DNA of 45,116 bases from a bacterium HR33. Lineage in GTDB: Bacteria > Gemmatimonadota > Gemmatimonadetes > Gemmatimonadales > GWC2-71-9. The notes under the pieces were generated by a model, which worked only from the letters and a program-made list of their open reading frames with translations, was not told the DNA's origin and did not search any database. Positions 35,054-44,095 of the stretch are shown one piece after another (position 1 is the stretch's first letter; each line of letters starts with the position of its first letter). The translations under genes and the position numbers were made by a program. The stretch is from contig CAMDCH010000001.1 of NCBI GenBank assembly GCA_945889655.1, positions 1 through 45,116 of the forward strand, read 5' to 3'.

Positions 35054-35560
35054 GTGAGCCGGATCGGTGCTGTTGTACTCGCGGTGACGATGGCGTTGTT
35101 GGTTTCGACGCCCGCGGTCGCTCAGGAAGAGGAGATGGGGATCGCGCTGGGCGCCACGCCCTCGTCTCCAATTGCGGTGACCGACCTCGACGGCCAGGCG
35201 GTCGATCTCTCTTCCTATGTCGGCAGGAAGCCCTTGCTGGTGGAGTTCTGGGCTACCTGGTGTCCCATCTGCGAGGCGTTGCTCCCACGCGTTATCGCAG
35301 CACACAAGGTCTACGGTGACAAGGTGGACTTCATCGTGGTCGGTGTGGGCGTCAACGAAACTCCCGCTTCGATCAGGCGACATCTGGCGCGCCACCCGAT
35401 GCCGTTCAAGATGTTCTTCGATGGGAAGGGTGCGGCGGTGCGCGCCTTCGAAGCGCCGCAGACGTCGTACGTGGTCGTGCTCGATGGGAAGGGCAAGGCG
35501 GTCTACACCGGGCTGGGCAGTGACCAGGACATCAGCGCAGCGGTGAAGAAGGCCCTTTAG
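35054..35560 (+). CDS. TlpA/ResA-like periplasmic thiol-disulfide oxidoreductase
   Basis: GTG at 35054 after aggtggag. Signal peptide and thioredoxin motif VEFWATWCPICEAL. Confidence 0.85.
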   Translation: MSRIGAVVLAVTMALLVSTPAVAQEEEMGIALGATPSSPIAVTDLDGQAVDLSSYVGRKPLLVEFWATWCPICEALLPRVIAAHKVYGDKVDFIVVGVGVNETPASIRRHLARHPMPFKMFFDGKGAAVRAFEAPQTSYVVVLDGKGKAVYTGLGSDQDISAAVKKAL

Positions 35561-35562
35561 TG

Positions 35563-35595
35563 TCCCCTCTCCCCCCCTCTCCTGTGGAGAGGGGA
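35563..35595. terminator. Hairpin between convergent genes
   Basis: tcccctctcc / ggagagggga forms a 10-bp stem with a 13-nt loop. There is no clear U-tract. Confidence 0.35.
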
Positions 35596-35667
35596 ACTAA
35601 TCGGCCGACAGCGCTACTACCGTCCCTCGCGCCGACGGCTCCGCCGTCGCTGCGCTCGGGATGACGT

Positions 35668-38097
35668 TCAATCCGCGTTGAGGGCTACCACCGGATCGAC
35701 CCTCGCCACGCGTCGAGCGGGCAGGAAGCTTGCCAGGATCCCGGTCAGGGCCAGCGATCCCACCACCAATCCGAACACGAGCGGGTCCCGCGCGTTGACC
35801 TGGAACAGCACCATCTGGAGCGGGGCACTGGCGATCGCGGCTAGCCCTAAGCCCAGCACGAGACCAAGCCCCAGCTGAAGCATCCCGCGCTTCATGACCA
35901 AACCAACCAGCCCCTGCGGCTTGGCACCTAGCGCCAGGCGGATACCCATCTCCTGCGTGCGCCGCGCGACCGCGAATGACATCACCCCGTACAGGCCCAC
36001 CGCGGCAAGAAAGAGCGCCACGAATCCAAAGATCATGAAGAGCACGCCGAATATCCGGTAGAACCAGGTCTGCTGGGCGATGACGCCGTCCATGGTGAGG
36101 ACGTTGAAGATCGCGAGGTTGGGGTCGAGCGAGACGACCGCACCGCGGATGGCTTCCACCATCGACAGCGGCGGGCCCGAGGTGCGGACGGCGATACTGA
36201 CAAAGTTGCCGACGCCGCTCTGGGAGATGGGGATGTAGAAGCCGGCCGGGCTCTGGTTGTTGTTCCCGATGCCTTCCATGCGCATGTCAGGCACAACGCC
36301 GATCACCGTGAGCCACTTGGCCGTAGTGTCGCGCCGGTTCATTCGGAACCGGCGGCCCATGGGGTCCAGGCCGGGGAAGAAGTTCTTCGCGAACGTCTCG
36401 TTGATCACCGCCACCGGCTGGTCCTTGGAGCCGTCCCGGTCGGTGAACACGCGGCCGCTGCGGATCTGCACGTCGAACGTGCTGAAGTACCCGGGCGTCA
36501 CGATGCCTTCGCGCGCGCTTGGATAGTCGCGGTCTTCCGCGTACGTCTTTCCTTCGACCTCGAACACGCGGGCGCCGTTGCCCGAGGCGGGCAGACCGTC
36601 GGAAAGCGTGGCGCCCACGATCCCCGGAAGAGTCGCGAGCCTCGGCTGGAGCTGATCGTAGAAGCGCAGTCGGCTGGCAGTGTCGGGATACTCGACCTCT
36701 GGCAGGTTGATCCGTGCCGTGAGGATGCCGGATGTCTCGAACGGCAGGTTCACGTCCCGCAGCTGCGCGACGCTCTTGATCATGAGCCCCGATGCGATGA
36801 GCAGCCCACACGACAGGGTGACCTCGGCCACGACGAGGAACCCGGTGAATTTCCCGATGTGGAGGCCCGATGATCCCCGGCTCTCATCCTTGAGAACTTC
36901 TCCCACGGCCATTCCGGTTGCTTGCAGCGCCGGGATGACGCCCGCGACAATCGCGGAGAGCAGCGTGACGGCAGCGACGAAGAGCAGGACGCTGCGGTCG
37001 GGAGTGAAGTCCATCCAGAAGGGCGGCGGATTGCTGGCCAGCGCCCGGTTGAACAGCGCCACGCCCGCATAGCCAAGGGCGGTGCCGATCGCGGCCCCAC
37101 CCAGGGAGAGGACCAGGACTTCCGATACCATCTGCGTGACGATTCGCATGCGGCTCGCACCCAGCGCGGTGCGGACGGCGACCTCGCGCATCCGGACCGA
37201 GGTTCGGGCCAGGAGCAGGTTCGCCACGTTGAAACAGGCAATGAGCAGCACGCCGATGACGGCGCCCAGCATGGTGTAGAGCAGCGGGAAAATCTGCGCG
37301 CCCAGGATCCGCCGCATGTAGGGCTCGACGCTCGCGGTGAGGTCCTTGTTGGTCTCGGGCCAGGCCTGGGCTGCGCGGCTGGCGAAGACGGCAAAGGCAG
37401 CCTGCGTCTGGTCCATCGAAACGCCGGGTTTGCGCTTTCCCACGCCGACGATCCCCGGCCCGGTCCCGCGCGCGTACTTGCCGGGGTCCACGACCATCGG
37501 CGCCCAGACCTGGTGGTTCACCGGGAAGCCGAACTTGGGCGGCATAACGCCGACGATGGTGCGGACGCCGCCGTTCACCCTCACGGTTTTTCCGATCACC
37601 GCGGGAGAGCCGGCGAACTGGTTCCGCCAGACGTCGTAGCCGAGGATCAGGATCTGGTCGGCGCCGGGCTTGTCGTCCCCTTCGCGGAAGACCCGGCCGT
37701 GGATGGCTTCGACACCGAGGATGCGGAAGACATTGGCGGTGAGGAACGCACCCTGGTAGCGCTCCGGCCGGCCGGCCTCTGACGAGAGGTTCACGGCCCA
37801 GCTATCCCACGCGCCCATCTCCTCCAGCACGGTCTGCTGCTCGCGCCACTCGGCGAAATCGTGGACCGAGAGGTCCATGTTCTGGATGTTCTGGGACGGG
37901 TTGGCCCGGCCGACCGATACGATCCGGTCCGCGCCCGGGAACGGCAGCCCGCGCAGGATGGCCCCGTTCACGATGGAGAAGATCGTCGTGCAGAGGCCGA
38001 TGCCGATGCTCAGGGTCAGGACGGTGATGAGGGAGAGGCCCGGATTCTTGACGAGCATCCGGAATCCGTATCGCAGGTCCTGGAGCAGGGCAGCCAT
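35668..38097 (-). CDS. ADOP-family duplicated MacB/FtsX-type ABC permease (second copy)
   Basis: 809 aa. MAALLQDLRYGFRMLVKNPGLSLITVLTLSIGIG N-terminus, with the same architecture as 19974..22409. Confidence 0.9.
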   Translation of the reverse strand: MAALLQDLRYGFRMLVKNPGLSLITVLTLSIGIGLCTTIFSIVNGAILRGLPFPGADRIVSVGRANPSQNIQNMDLSVHDFAEWREQQTVLEEMGAWDSWAVNLSSEAGRPERYQGAFLTANVFRILGVEAIHGRVFREGDDKPGADQILILGYDVWRNQFAGSPAVIGKTVRVNGGVRTIVGVMPPKFGFPVNHQVWAPMVVDPGKYARGTGPGIVGVGKRKPGVSMDQTQAAFAVFASRAAQAWPETNKDLTASVEPYMRRILGAQIFPLLYTMLGAVIGVLLIACFNVANLLLARTSVRMREVAVRTALGASRMRIVTQMVSEVLVLSLGGAAIGTALGYAGVALFNRALASNPPPFWMDFTPDRSVLLFVAAVTLLSAIVAGVIPALQATGMAVGEVLKDESRGSSGLHIGKFTGFLVVAEVTLSCGLLIASGLMIKSVAQLRDVNLPFETSGILTARINLPEVEYPDTASRLRFYDQLQPRLATLPGIVGATLSDGLPASGNGARVFEVEGKTYAEDRDYPSAREGIVTPGYFSTFDVQIRSGRVFTDRDGSKDQPVAVINETFAKNFFPGLDPMGRRFRMNRRDTTAKWLTVIGVVPDMRMEGIGNNNQSPAGFYIPISQSGVGNFVSIAVRTSGPPLSMVEAIRGAVVSLDPNLAIFNVLTMDGVIAQQTWFYRIFGVLFMIFGFVALFLAAVGLYGVMSFAVARRTQEMGIRLALGAKPQGLVGLVMKRGMLQLGLGLVLGLGLAAIASAPLQMVLFQVNARDPLVFGLVVGSLALTGILASFLPARRVARVDPVVALNAD

Positions 38098-38100
38098 AGT

Positions 38101-38199
38101 CGCCTTGGGTGCGAGGTGCGAGGTGCGAGGTGCGAGGTGCGAGGTGCAGCGTGCACCGTCTCTATGCGGGCCTTACGACCGGGGCGGGGCGGGGTTTCA
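38101..38199 (+). repeat. Repeat element copy 1: CGCCTTGG, (GTGCGAG)5 and a conserved ~55-bp G-rich tail
   Basis: cgccttgg(gtgcgag)x5 gtgcagc gtgcaccgtctctatgcgggccttacgaccggggcggggcggggtttca. It is homologous along its full length to 39091-39186 and begins 3 nt upstream of the ADOP start codon. Confidence 0.85.
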
Positions 38200-38317
38200 G
38201 GGGGCGTCCCGTTCGGCGGGTAAACCCGCCACTCGGCTCAGGGCCGCCAAGGCGGCCGTGTCAGAGCGACTGGCTAGTCGCTTCAGCGACTCTAAGCCGA
38301 GGGGCGGCCGCGCGACC

Positions 38318-38728
38318 TCAGGTTCTGGCCGCGCCCTCCTGAGATTCGACCCCGGCGGCGGGTGCCGGCCCCGCATCCACGAGTCGTTTGAGGCGGGGCT
38401 CGACACGAAAGTTCAGCCCTTCGAGGGTGCGGCTCCCGAGCAGGGTCATGTCGCCCGGGTGCGCAAAGACCACTTCGTCCCCCACGCCTTTGCCGGCCAC
38501 ATGGATCACGACGGTGCCGGTCCAGCGCGAGAGGATCGAGCCGTCGGCTTGGCGGAAGCGTTCCTCGTTCCGCCGCGCGATGCCGAGTGATTCGAGCACC
38601 ACGCCCGGGATCCAGGACAATTCGGCGCCGGTATCCACCAGCACGTTCTCAATCACCCGGCGCTGACCGGGGAGCGCCGGGTTTTCGATCTCGACATCAA
38701 CGCGGAATGTGCCCATTTCGTCGGTCAT
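38318..38728 (-). CDS. Retropepsin-like (clan AA) aspartic protease
   Basis: Start MTDEMGTFRVDV at 38728. Catalytic LVDTGAE motif and ..LLGSRTLEGL.. flap/dimer region typical of bacterial retropepsin-like proteins. Confidence 0.7.
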   Translation of the reverse strand: MTDEMGTFRVDVEIENPALPGQRRVIENVLVDTGAELSWIPGVVLESLGIARRNEERFRQADGSILSRWTGTVVIHVAGKGVGDEVVFAHPGDMTLLGSRTLEGLNFRVEPRLKRLVDAGPAPAAGVESQEGAART

Positions 38729-38842
38729 CGTAGCTCCTGAAGGCTCGCCGAGTAGTACCCCATTTATGCGGTGAGTGTCAATGCAGCGCGGGACGGCTCG
38801 TACCCTCGCCCCTGATGCAGCCAAATCCTATCTTAGGGCGCC

Positions 38843-39090
38843 GTGGAACCCCCCCTTGAGCGCCTGAAGGCCGCCTTCGCCGACCGTTACGCCCTCGAGC
38901 GCGAGCTCGGGCGGGGTGGTATGGCCACGGTCTATCTCGCCCAGGATCTGAAGCTCAAGCGGAAAGTCGCGATCAAGGTATTCAGCCCCGAGGTGGCCGC
39001 GGCGATCGGCCCCGATCGTTTCTTGCGCGAAATCGAGATCCTCGCGCACCTCAATCATCCTCGCATCGTGACCCTGATCGACTCCGGCAC
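38843..39090 (+). pseudogene. Ser/Thr protein kinase, N-terminal ~80 aa only (truncated by repeat element copy 2)
   Basis: YALERELGRGGMATVYLAQDLKLKRKVAIKVF (Gly-loop plus VAIK lysine) ..RFLREIEILAHLNHPRIVTLIDSG. The sequence then runs directly into cgccttgg(gtgcgag)n. The catalytic loop, DFG and APE regions are absent. Confidence 0.75.
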
Positions 39091-39186
39091 CGCCTTGGGT
39101 GCGAGGTGCGAGGTGCGAGGTGCAAGGTGCGTGGGACAGTGTGCACCGTCTATGCGCGCCTTACGACGGGGCGGGGTGGGGTTTCA
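39091..39186 (+). repeat. Repeat element copy 2: CGCCTTGG, (GTGCGAG)3 and the conserved tail
   Basis: cgccttgg(gtgcgag)x3 gtgcaag gtgcgtg ggacagt gtgcaccgtctatgcgcgccttacgacggggcggggtggggtttca. Confidence 0.85.
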
Positions 39187-39193
39187 AAAGACA

Positions 39194-39295
39194 AAGTGAG
39201 AAGTGAGAAGTAAGAAGGCGCTGCGGGATGAGATTCGATCTCTCCCCCACAGCGCCTTCTTGTCCTTCTTACTTCTCACTTCTCACTTCTTACTT
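39194..39295. repeat. Tandem-heptamer-armed palindrome H3
   Basis: The left arm is aagtgaga agtgaga agtaaga. The core is aggcgctgcggg..cccacagcgcct. The right arm is tcttgtccttcttac ttctcac ttctcac ttcttac. It overlaps the stop codon of the gene at 39294. Confidence 0.85.
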
Positions 39296-39860
39296 ATTTC
39301 GCGCTCGCCTTTGCCACCGCCTCTTTCAGTTCGTCGTAAGCTGCGGGGTCCACTTCCCTGAACGGCGTCGCCCGGTAGGCGATTCTTCCGTCCGGTCCGA
39401 CCACGAACAGGTTCCGGTTGTCCGACTTGTTCCGGATCGCTCCGTACGCGGTGCCGACCTTCTGGTCGGTATCGCTGGCGAAGAGAAACTGGAACTGGTC
39501 ATCCCTCGCCCACGCCGCCAGCGTGTCTGCCGCGTCTACACTGATGCCGATGAGAACGACGTCCTGCCCATCCTTGAAGATCTGTGCGTACTGATCACGG
39601 TACGCATGCATTTGGATAGTTCAGCCACGCGTTCGGGCCCGGAAGAAGAACGCCAGGACAACCGTCTTCCCCTTGTAGTCACTCAGGTGGATCTGGTCGC
39701 GCAGCACGCCGAAGCGCGTGGCGCCTGGCAGGGCAAAATCGGGAGCGACCGCCCCGAGTTCGAGAGGCGGGGCCGTGACCGGCGCCGCAGCCGCCTGGGC
39801 GTCCAGCCTGCTCGCGGCTAGCACCGCGACCGTTACGAGCGCGAGCATCATCTTGCGCAT
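39294..39860 (-). CDS. Exported BCP/AhpC-TSA-type peroxiredoxin with in-frame TGA at the peroxidatic Cys position (candidate selenoprotein, otherwise a nonsense pseudogene)
   Basis: The ATG at 39860 is preceded by aaggagg and overlaps the stop of the upstream paralog. A single 188-codon frame is interrupted only by the TGA at 39621-39623. Aligned to the paralog: FFPKARTRG-C-TIQMHSYRDQY versus FFFRARTRG-TGA-TIQMHAYRDQY. A 7-bp hairpin lies 14 nt downstream of the TGA (39585-39606). Confidence 0.5.
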
Positions 39861-39861
39861 G

Positions 39862-40470
39862 TCAGCCTCCTTTTGCGGGATCCGCGGGGGCCGGTGCCAG
39901 CTTCTCCAGTACGGCCGCGAGATCCACGTACGACGTGGGATCGACTTCACGGAATGGAATCATCTTGTGCGCGATCTTGCCTTCCTTGTCGATTACGAAG
40001 AGCATGCGTGATGCCGTCGGCCGGCCGGCGTTGGCGCCGTAAGCCTTGGCGGTCGTCAGTGGACCCGCTGCATCGCTCGCCATGAGGAACTGGAACTGGT
40101 CGTCCTTCGCCCACGCCGCCAGCGTATCCGCGGGATCAACGCTGATGGCGATCAGGACGATGTCCTGGCCGGCGTGAAAGAGCTTGGAGTACTGGTCGCG
40201 GTACGAGTGCATTTGGATCGTGCAGCCGCGGGTCCGCGCCTTGGGGAAGAAAGCCAGGATCACCGTCTTGCCGCGGAAATCGCTGAGCTTGACGGGATTC
40301 TGGAGTACGCCGTAGCGCGTCGCCGCCGGAAGGGTGAAGTCCGGCGCCATGGTCCCGATCTCGGGAGTCACCGGTGGCGCAGGCGCGGGGGCCACGGCAG
40401 CCGGCTGCTGCGCCGAGAGGGACGTGGTGACGGCGAGCGCCAGCAGAGAACCAACGAACAGTTTTTTCAT
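39862..40470 (-). CDS. Exported BCP/AhpC-TSA-type peroxiredoxin (Cys form)
   Basis: 202 aa. Signal MKKLFVGSLLALAVTTSLSAQ. APDFTLPA..., KTVILAFFPKARTRGCTIQM is the PxxxTxxC-type Prx motif. Confidence 0.85.
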   Translation of the reverse strand: MKKLFVGSLLALAVTTSLSAQQPAAVAPAPAPPVTPEIGTMAPDFTLPAATRYGVLQNPVKLSDFRGKTVILAFFPKARTRGCTIQMHSYRDQYSKLFHAGQDIVLIAISVDPADTLAAWAKDDQFQFLMASDAAGPLTTAKAYGANAGRPTASRMLFVIDKEGKIAHKMIPFREVDPTSYVDLAAVLEKLAPAPADPAKGG

Positions 40471-40525
40471 GACCGCTCCTGAACTCTGGGAGGATATCTG
40501 ATTATACGCCGCGCGCGCGGCAGCG

Positions 40526-41227
40526 TCAGGGCTCGGCGCGGACGAGCTTCATTCCCGGTGTGACGACCTGTGCCACCTGGTGGTCGCTCTTCCCCACGTA
40601 GTACCGAACCGTGCTGCGGCCCAGCGTGACGTTCGTGACCCAGGTGTCCGTACCTTTGACGACCTCGGATCCTGAGACGGCCACGTCCATCGGTATCGGG
40701 CCGCCTGCCTCATAGATGTAGACCATGACCCGGCCGGTGTATCCGGCGGCGAGCGGGAGCGCGCCGATGAGGACGTCGAGCATGTTCGAATCGAACATCT
40801 CCTGCTTGATCTCCTGGTTCACCGGCCGCGGGTGACCGGCGTCGTTGAGCTCGCCGGTCACGCGGGTCTTATCGAAATCGATGCGTAGCTCGCGGTGTGC
40901 CGAGTAGGAGCTGTGGTGCCGGGGAGTGAGCGTGGCCGCGTCGGCGATGGCCGAGTCGAGGATGATGCCGGTGGGCCCCGAGATGCTCTGGATGCGGATG
41001 ATCGCGGGCTGGCCCTGGGCGTCGCGGCCCTTCACGACCTGGTCGTCGAGCACTCCGAGCGTGTCGCCCTGGATGGAAACCATCCGGAAGACGTGATGGT
41101 ATGGGCTCACCTGTGTCGCCTGCAGCTTCGCGAGCGGAGGCGGTGGTGCGGGAGGAGCCATGCTGGGAGCCTGCGCACCGAGCGGCGCTGCGATCAGCAC
41201 CGTGAGTATCAGCGGCTGTTTCAGCAT
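40526..41227 (-). CDS. Secreted hypothetical protein
   Basis: 233 aa. Signal MLKQPLILTVLIAAPLGAQA. Its start lies 2 nt after the stop of the molybdoenzyme gene. Confidence 0.5.
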   Translation of the reverse strand: MLKQPLILTVLIAAPLGAQAPSMAPPAPPPPLAKLQATQVSPYHHVFRMVSIQGDTLGVLDDQVVKGRDAQGQPAIIRIQSISGPTGIILDSAIADAATLTPRHHSSYSAHRELRIDFDKTRVTGELNDAGHPRPVNQEIKQEMFDSNMLDVLIGALPLAAGYTGRVMVYIYEAGGPIPMDVAVSGSEVVKGTDTWVTNVTLGRSTVRYYVGKSDHQVAQVVTPGMKLVRAEP

Positions 41228-41229
41228 TT

Positions 41230-44058
41230 TCAGCGTCCTTCGTGTCTCAGGTTGTACGCATCTCTCGTCGGGCGCAACGGACGGAGCAGCCAGTAGGGCC
41301 GCCGGGTGCCGTCAGGGCCGGGGGCAGGGCGCGCCATCGCCAGCCACTGCTTGTAAATCTCGTGAGACTTGGCTGTATCTGCATAGATGTCAGCTTCACG
41401 GTCGCTCTCCGCGGCGCGCTCTACCCGAACGGCTTGGTGCCACGCATGCTGGCCGGAGATGGGATCGGGGTGCACCGGGAACGTGAGGTTCTGGTGTACG
41501 CCTGCGTCGTGCCACCAGACGCGGGAAGAATCCGGGTCCTTTGACGCCCACGGTTCTACCCCGTATTCACGGCGCATTAGCCAGCCGGTCCCGGACCGCT
41601 CGAGGCGCACCTTGGCCGAAGCCCATCGGTCGGTGTTTTCATCCTCGGTCGTCCGCCAGCGGCCCATGTGGTGCGAGCAGGCGACCACGCCCGGCTGGAT
41701 TCCCTCGGTGACCCACGCGCGGGTGACGAAGTAGCCGATCTCCGTGGTGACGCGAAGCAGGTCCCCGGTGTCCGCGCCGATCCGCGCTGCATCGCCGGGG
41801 CTCAGCCAGAGCGGGTTCGAGTGCGCGATTTCGTTCAGCCATTTTGCGTTCCCGGTGCGCGTATGTACCAGGACTGGAAGCCGGAACGTGGGCACGAGGC
41901 ACATCTCGCCACGCGCGGCGTCCAGCTTCCGGGGCGCCACGTGGCTCGGCTCGTACGTCGGGATGGCGTACTCGGGCCACCCCCACTCGGCGAGCGTGGG
42001 CGAATAGAACTCGAGTTTCCCGCTCGGCGTGGCGAACCCGCGGCGCACCACGCCGTCCACCACGACCCCAGCATGGCGCCGGCCTGACGCATCGCCTTGC
42101 GGCAGGGGGCGCGGTGCCACGTTCGGGTCAGCGGCGGCAGGGGCGCTCGAAAAGACCGTGCCTGTAATTGGCGCAACCACAACGTCCTTCAGCTCCGCTT
42201 CGGGAACCTGCTCCTCATACGCCCGGTAGGGCTGCGTAGCGATTTCGAAGGCACCAACCCGCCGCATGTACTCGAGCGCGGGGAGGCCCTCCTTCGCGGC
42301 CGCCTCGGGGAGACCGGGCACGGCGTGTTCGAAGATCCACCGGTAGTACTCGTCAATCGTGATCTTCTCGCCCGCGCGCCAGGGTGACTCGAAGTGCTTG
42401 CGAATGCCCAGCGCCCCGTCGGGATCAATGCGCCACGATAGCTCGATCCAGAACTCGTTCTCTTCCCACACCTCGCCCGGATTCACCTCGCGCGTGTCGC
42501 TGATCTTGTGACCGCGGCGCTCCTCGAACGCGCGCTTCACCGGCTGGCGGAAGCCGAGCCACTGCGCGGCGTGCGTCTCATAGGAGTGGAGGTCGTGCCG
42601 CTCACCGCCCAGGCCCATCGGGAGGACATAGTCTGCCAGCCACGCCGTCTCGCTCCACACGGGCGTGAGCGCCGCGTGGCAGCCAATCAGCGATTCATCC
42701 TGGAGAACGTCGATCCAGGTAAATCCGTCGGGGTTGGTCCACACCGGGTTGTAGACCCGGGTGAAATACATCGCCAGCTTGCCGCGGCCTTCCTTGAGGA
42801 AGTGCGGCAGCAGGAACGACATCTCGAAGAACGCGAGCGGGTATTCCTTCGGCCACGTCAGCTCGTTCCACTTGTCCGGGTGCGCCGGCATCGTGTGGTG
42901 GCGGGGCACGAACTTGTTGGTGCGATTCGGGATCGTGCCGCCAGGCGTGCCAACGCTGCCGGTGAGCACGTTGAGAAAAAAGATTGTCCGCGCGGTCATC
43001 CAGCCGTGGAGACCGCCGGCCGATGAGGCGCGCCAGTTATGCGCCGCGAGCGCGGCGCCCGCCGTAGCTATGATGCGCGCCATCTCCACGATCGAAGCCG
43101 CAGAAACACCAGACTCCGCTGACGCAAACTCTGGCGTATAGCTCTCGTAGAGCCGTTCGAGCTCCTGTTCGAACGCGTCGAATGTGGGCTCACGTTCGGG
43201 GTGGATGGTGCGGAGGTACTGCTCCCAGTTCACCCAGCGGCGCACGAACTCCCGGTCGTAGCGCCGCTCGCGAATCAGGATGTTCGCCACCGCGAGCAGG
43301 ACCGCGGGCTCACTCCCCGGTCGCGTGGGCAGCCAGAGGTCGGCGTGCGTGGCGGTATTGGAGAGCCGCGGATCGAGTACGATGATCTTCGCGCCCGACG
43401 TCTTGCCTTCCATGATCCGCTGCGCGTGCGGGTTGAAGTAGTGGCCGCTCTCGAGATGCGCGCTGATCAGCAGGATGACGCGGGCATTGGCGTAGTCGGG
43501 GCTGGGGCGGTCGGTTCCCATCCAGAAGGCGTAGCCGGCGCGCGCGCCCGACGAGCAGATGTTGGTGTGCGAGTTGTGGCCGTCCACGCCCCACGCGGCG
43601 AGCACGCGCTCCGTGAAGCCGTCTTCGCCTGGCCGGCCGACGTGATACATGACCTCGTTCCGGCGGTCTTCGAGGATCGCCTGGCGGATGCGGCTCGCCA
43701 TGTCGTCGAGCGCCGAGTCCCATGTGACACGTTGCCATGTGCCGCCGCCCCGTTTGCCCACCCGCTTCATCGGGTAGAGGATGCGCTCGGGATCGTTGGT
43801 CTGATTGATGGTGGCAGGACCCTTGGCGCAGTTGCGGCCGCGGCTGCCCGGGTGGAGCGGGTTGCCCTCGAACTTCCGGATCTCGCCGGTCTCCTTGTCC
43901 ACGTACGCCAGGAGACCGCACGCCGATTCGCAGTTGAAGCAGGTGGTGGGGTGCAGTGAGTAGTGGTGCTCTTCCCGTTTCGGCCACGCGCGCGAATCCA
44001 GCTCCACCACGTCGTCCCACTTCTCGCGGGGTGGGTAGGGCGCGAGGCCGGGTTGCAT
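41230..44058 (-). CDS. Molybdopterin (bis-MGD) oxidoreductase catalytic subunit, DMSO-reductase superfamily; no Tat signal seen
   Basis: Probable start MQPGLAPY at 44058; the longer ORF from 44154 reads through a repeat hairpin. N-terminal 4Fe-4S motif CFNCESACGL..(x26)..C AKG. Large MopB-type body and a C-terminal molydopterin dinucleotide-binding-like region (..LWLSPGDAARIGADTGDLLRVTT..G.....A.VTEGI.PGVV). Confidence 0.85.
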   Translation of the reverse strand: MQPGLAPYPPREKWDDVVELDSRAWPKREEHHYSLHPTTCFNCESACGLLAYVDKETGEIRKFEGNPLHPGSRGRNCAKGPATINQTNDPERILYPMKRVGKRGGGTWQRVTWDSALDDMASRIRQAILEDRRNEVMYHVGRPGEDGFTERVLAAWGVDGHNSHTNICSSGARAGYAFWMGTDRPSPDYANARVILLISAHLESGHYFNPHAQRIMEGKTSGAKIIVLDPRLSNTATHADLWLPTRPGSEPAVLLAVANILIRERRYDREFVRRWVNWEQYLRTIHPEREPTFDAFEQELERLYESYTPEFASAESGVSAASIVEMARIIATAGAALAAHNWRASSAGGLHGWMTARTIFFLNVLTGSVGTPGGTIPNRTNKFVPRHHTMPAHPDKWNELTWPKEYPLAFFEMSFLLPHFLKEGRGKLAMYFTRVYNPVWTNPDGFTWIDVLQDESLIGCHAALTPVWSETAWLADYVLPMGLGGERHDLHSYETHAAQWLGFRQPVKRAFEERRGHKISDTREVNPGEVWEENEFWIELSWRIDPDGALGIRKHFESPWRAGEKITIDEYYRWIFEHAVPGLPEAAAKEGLPALEYMRRVGAFEIATQPYRAYEEQVPEAELKDVVVAPITGTVFSSAPAAADPNVAPRPLPQGDASGRRHAGVVVDGVVRRGFATPSGKLEFYSPTLAEWGWPEYAIPTYEPSHVAPRKLDAARGEMCLVPTFRLPVLVHTRTGNAKWLNEIAHSNPLWLSPGDAARIGADTGDLLRVTTEIGYFVTRAWVTEGIQPGVVACSHHMGRWRTTEDENTDRWASAKVRLERSGTGWLMRREYGVEPWASKDPDSSRVWWHDAGVHQNLTFPVHPDPISGQHAWHQAVRVERAAESDREADIYADTAKSHEIYKQWLAMARPAPGPDGTRRPYWLLRPLRPTRDAYNLRHEGR

Positions 44059-44095
44059 GGGGGGCTTGGGGTCGGCGCTCACGAGAAGCTCCGGC

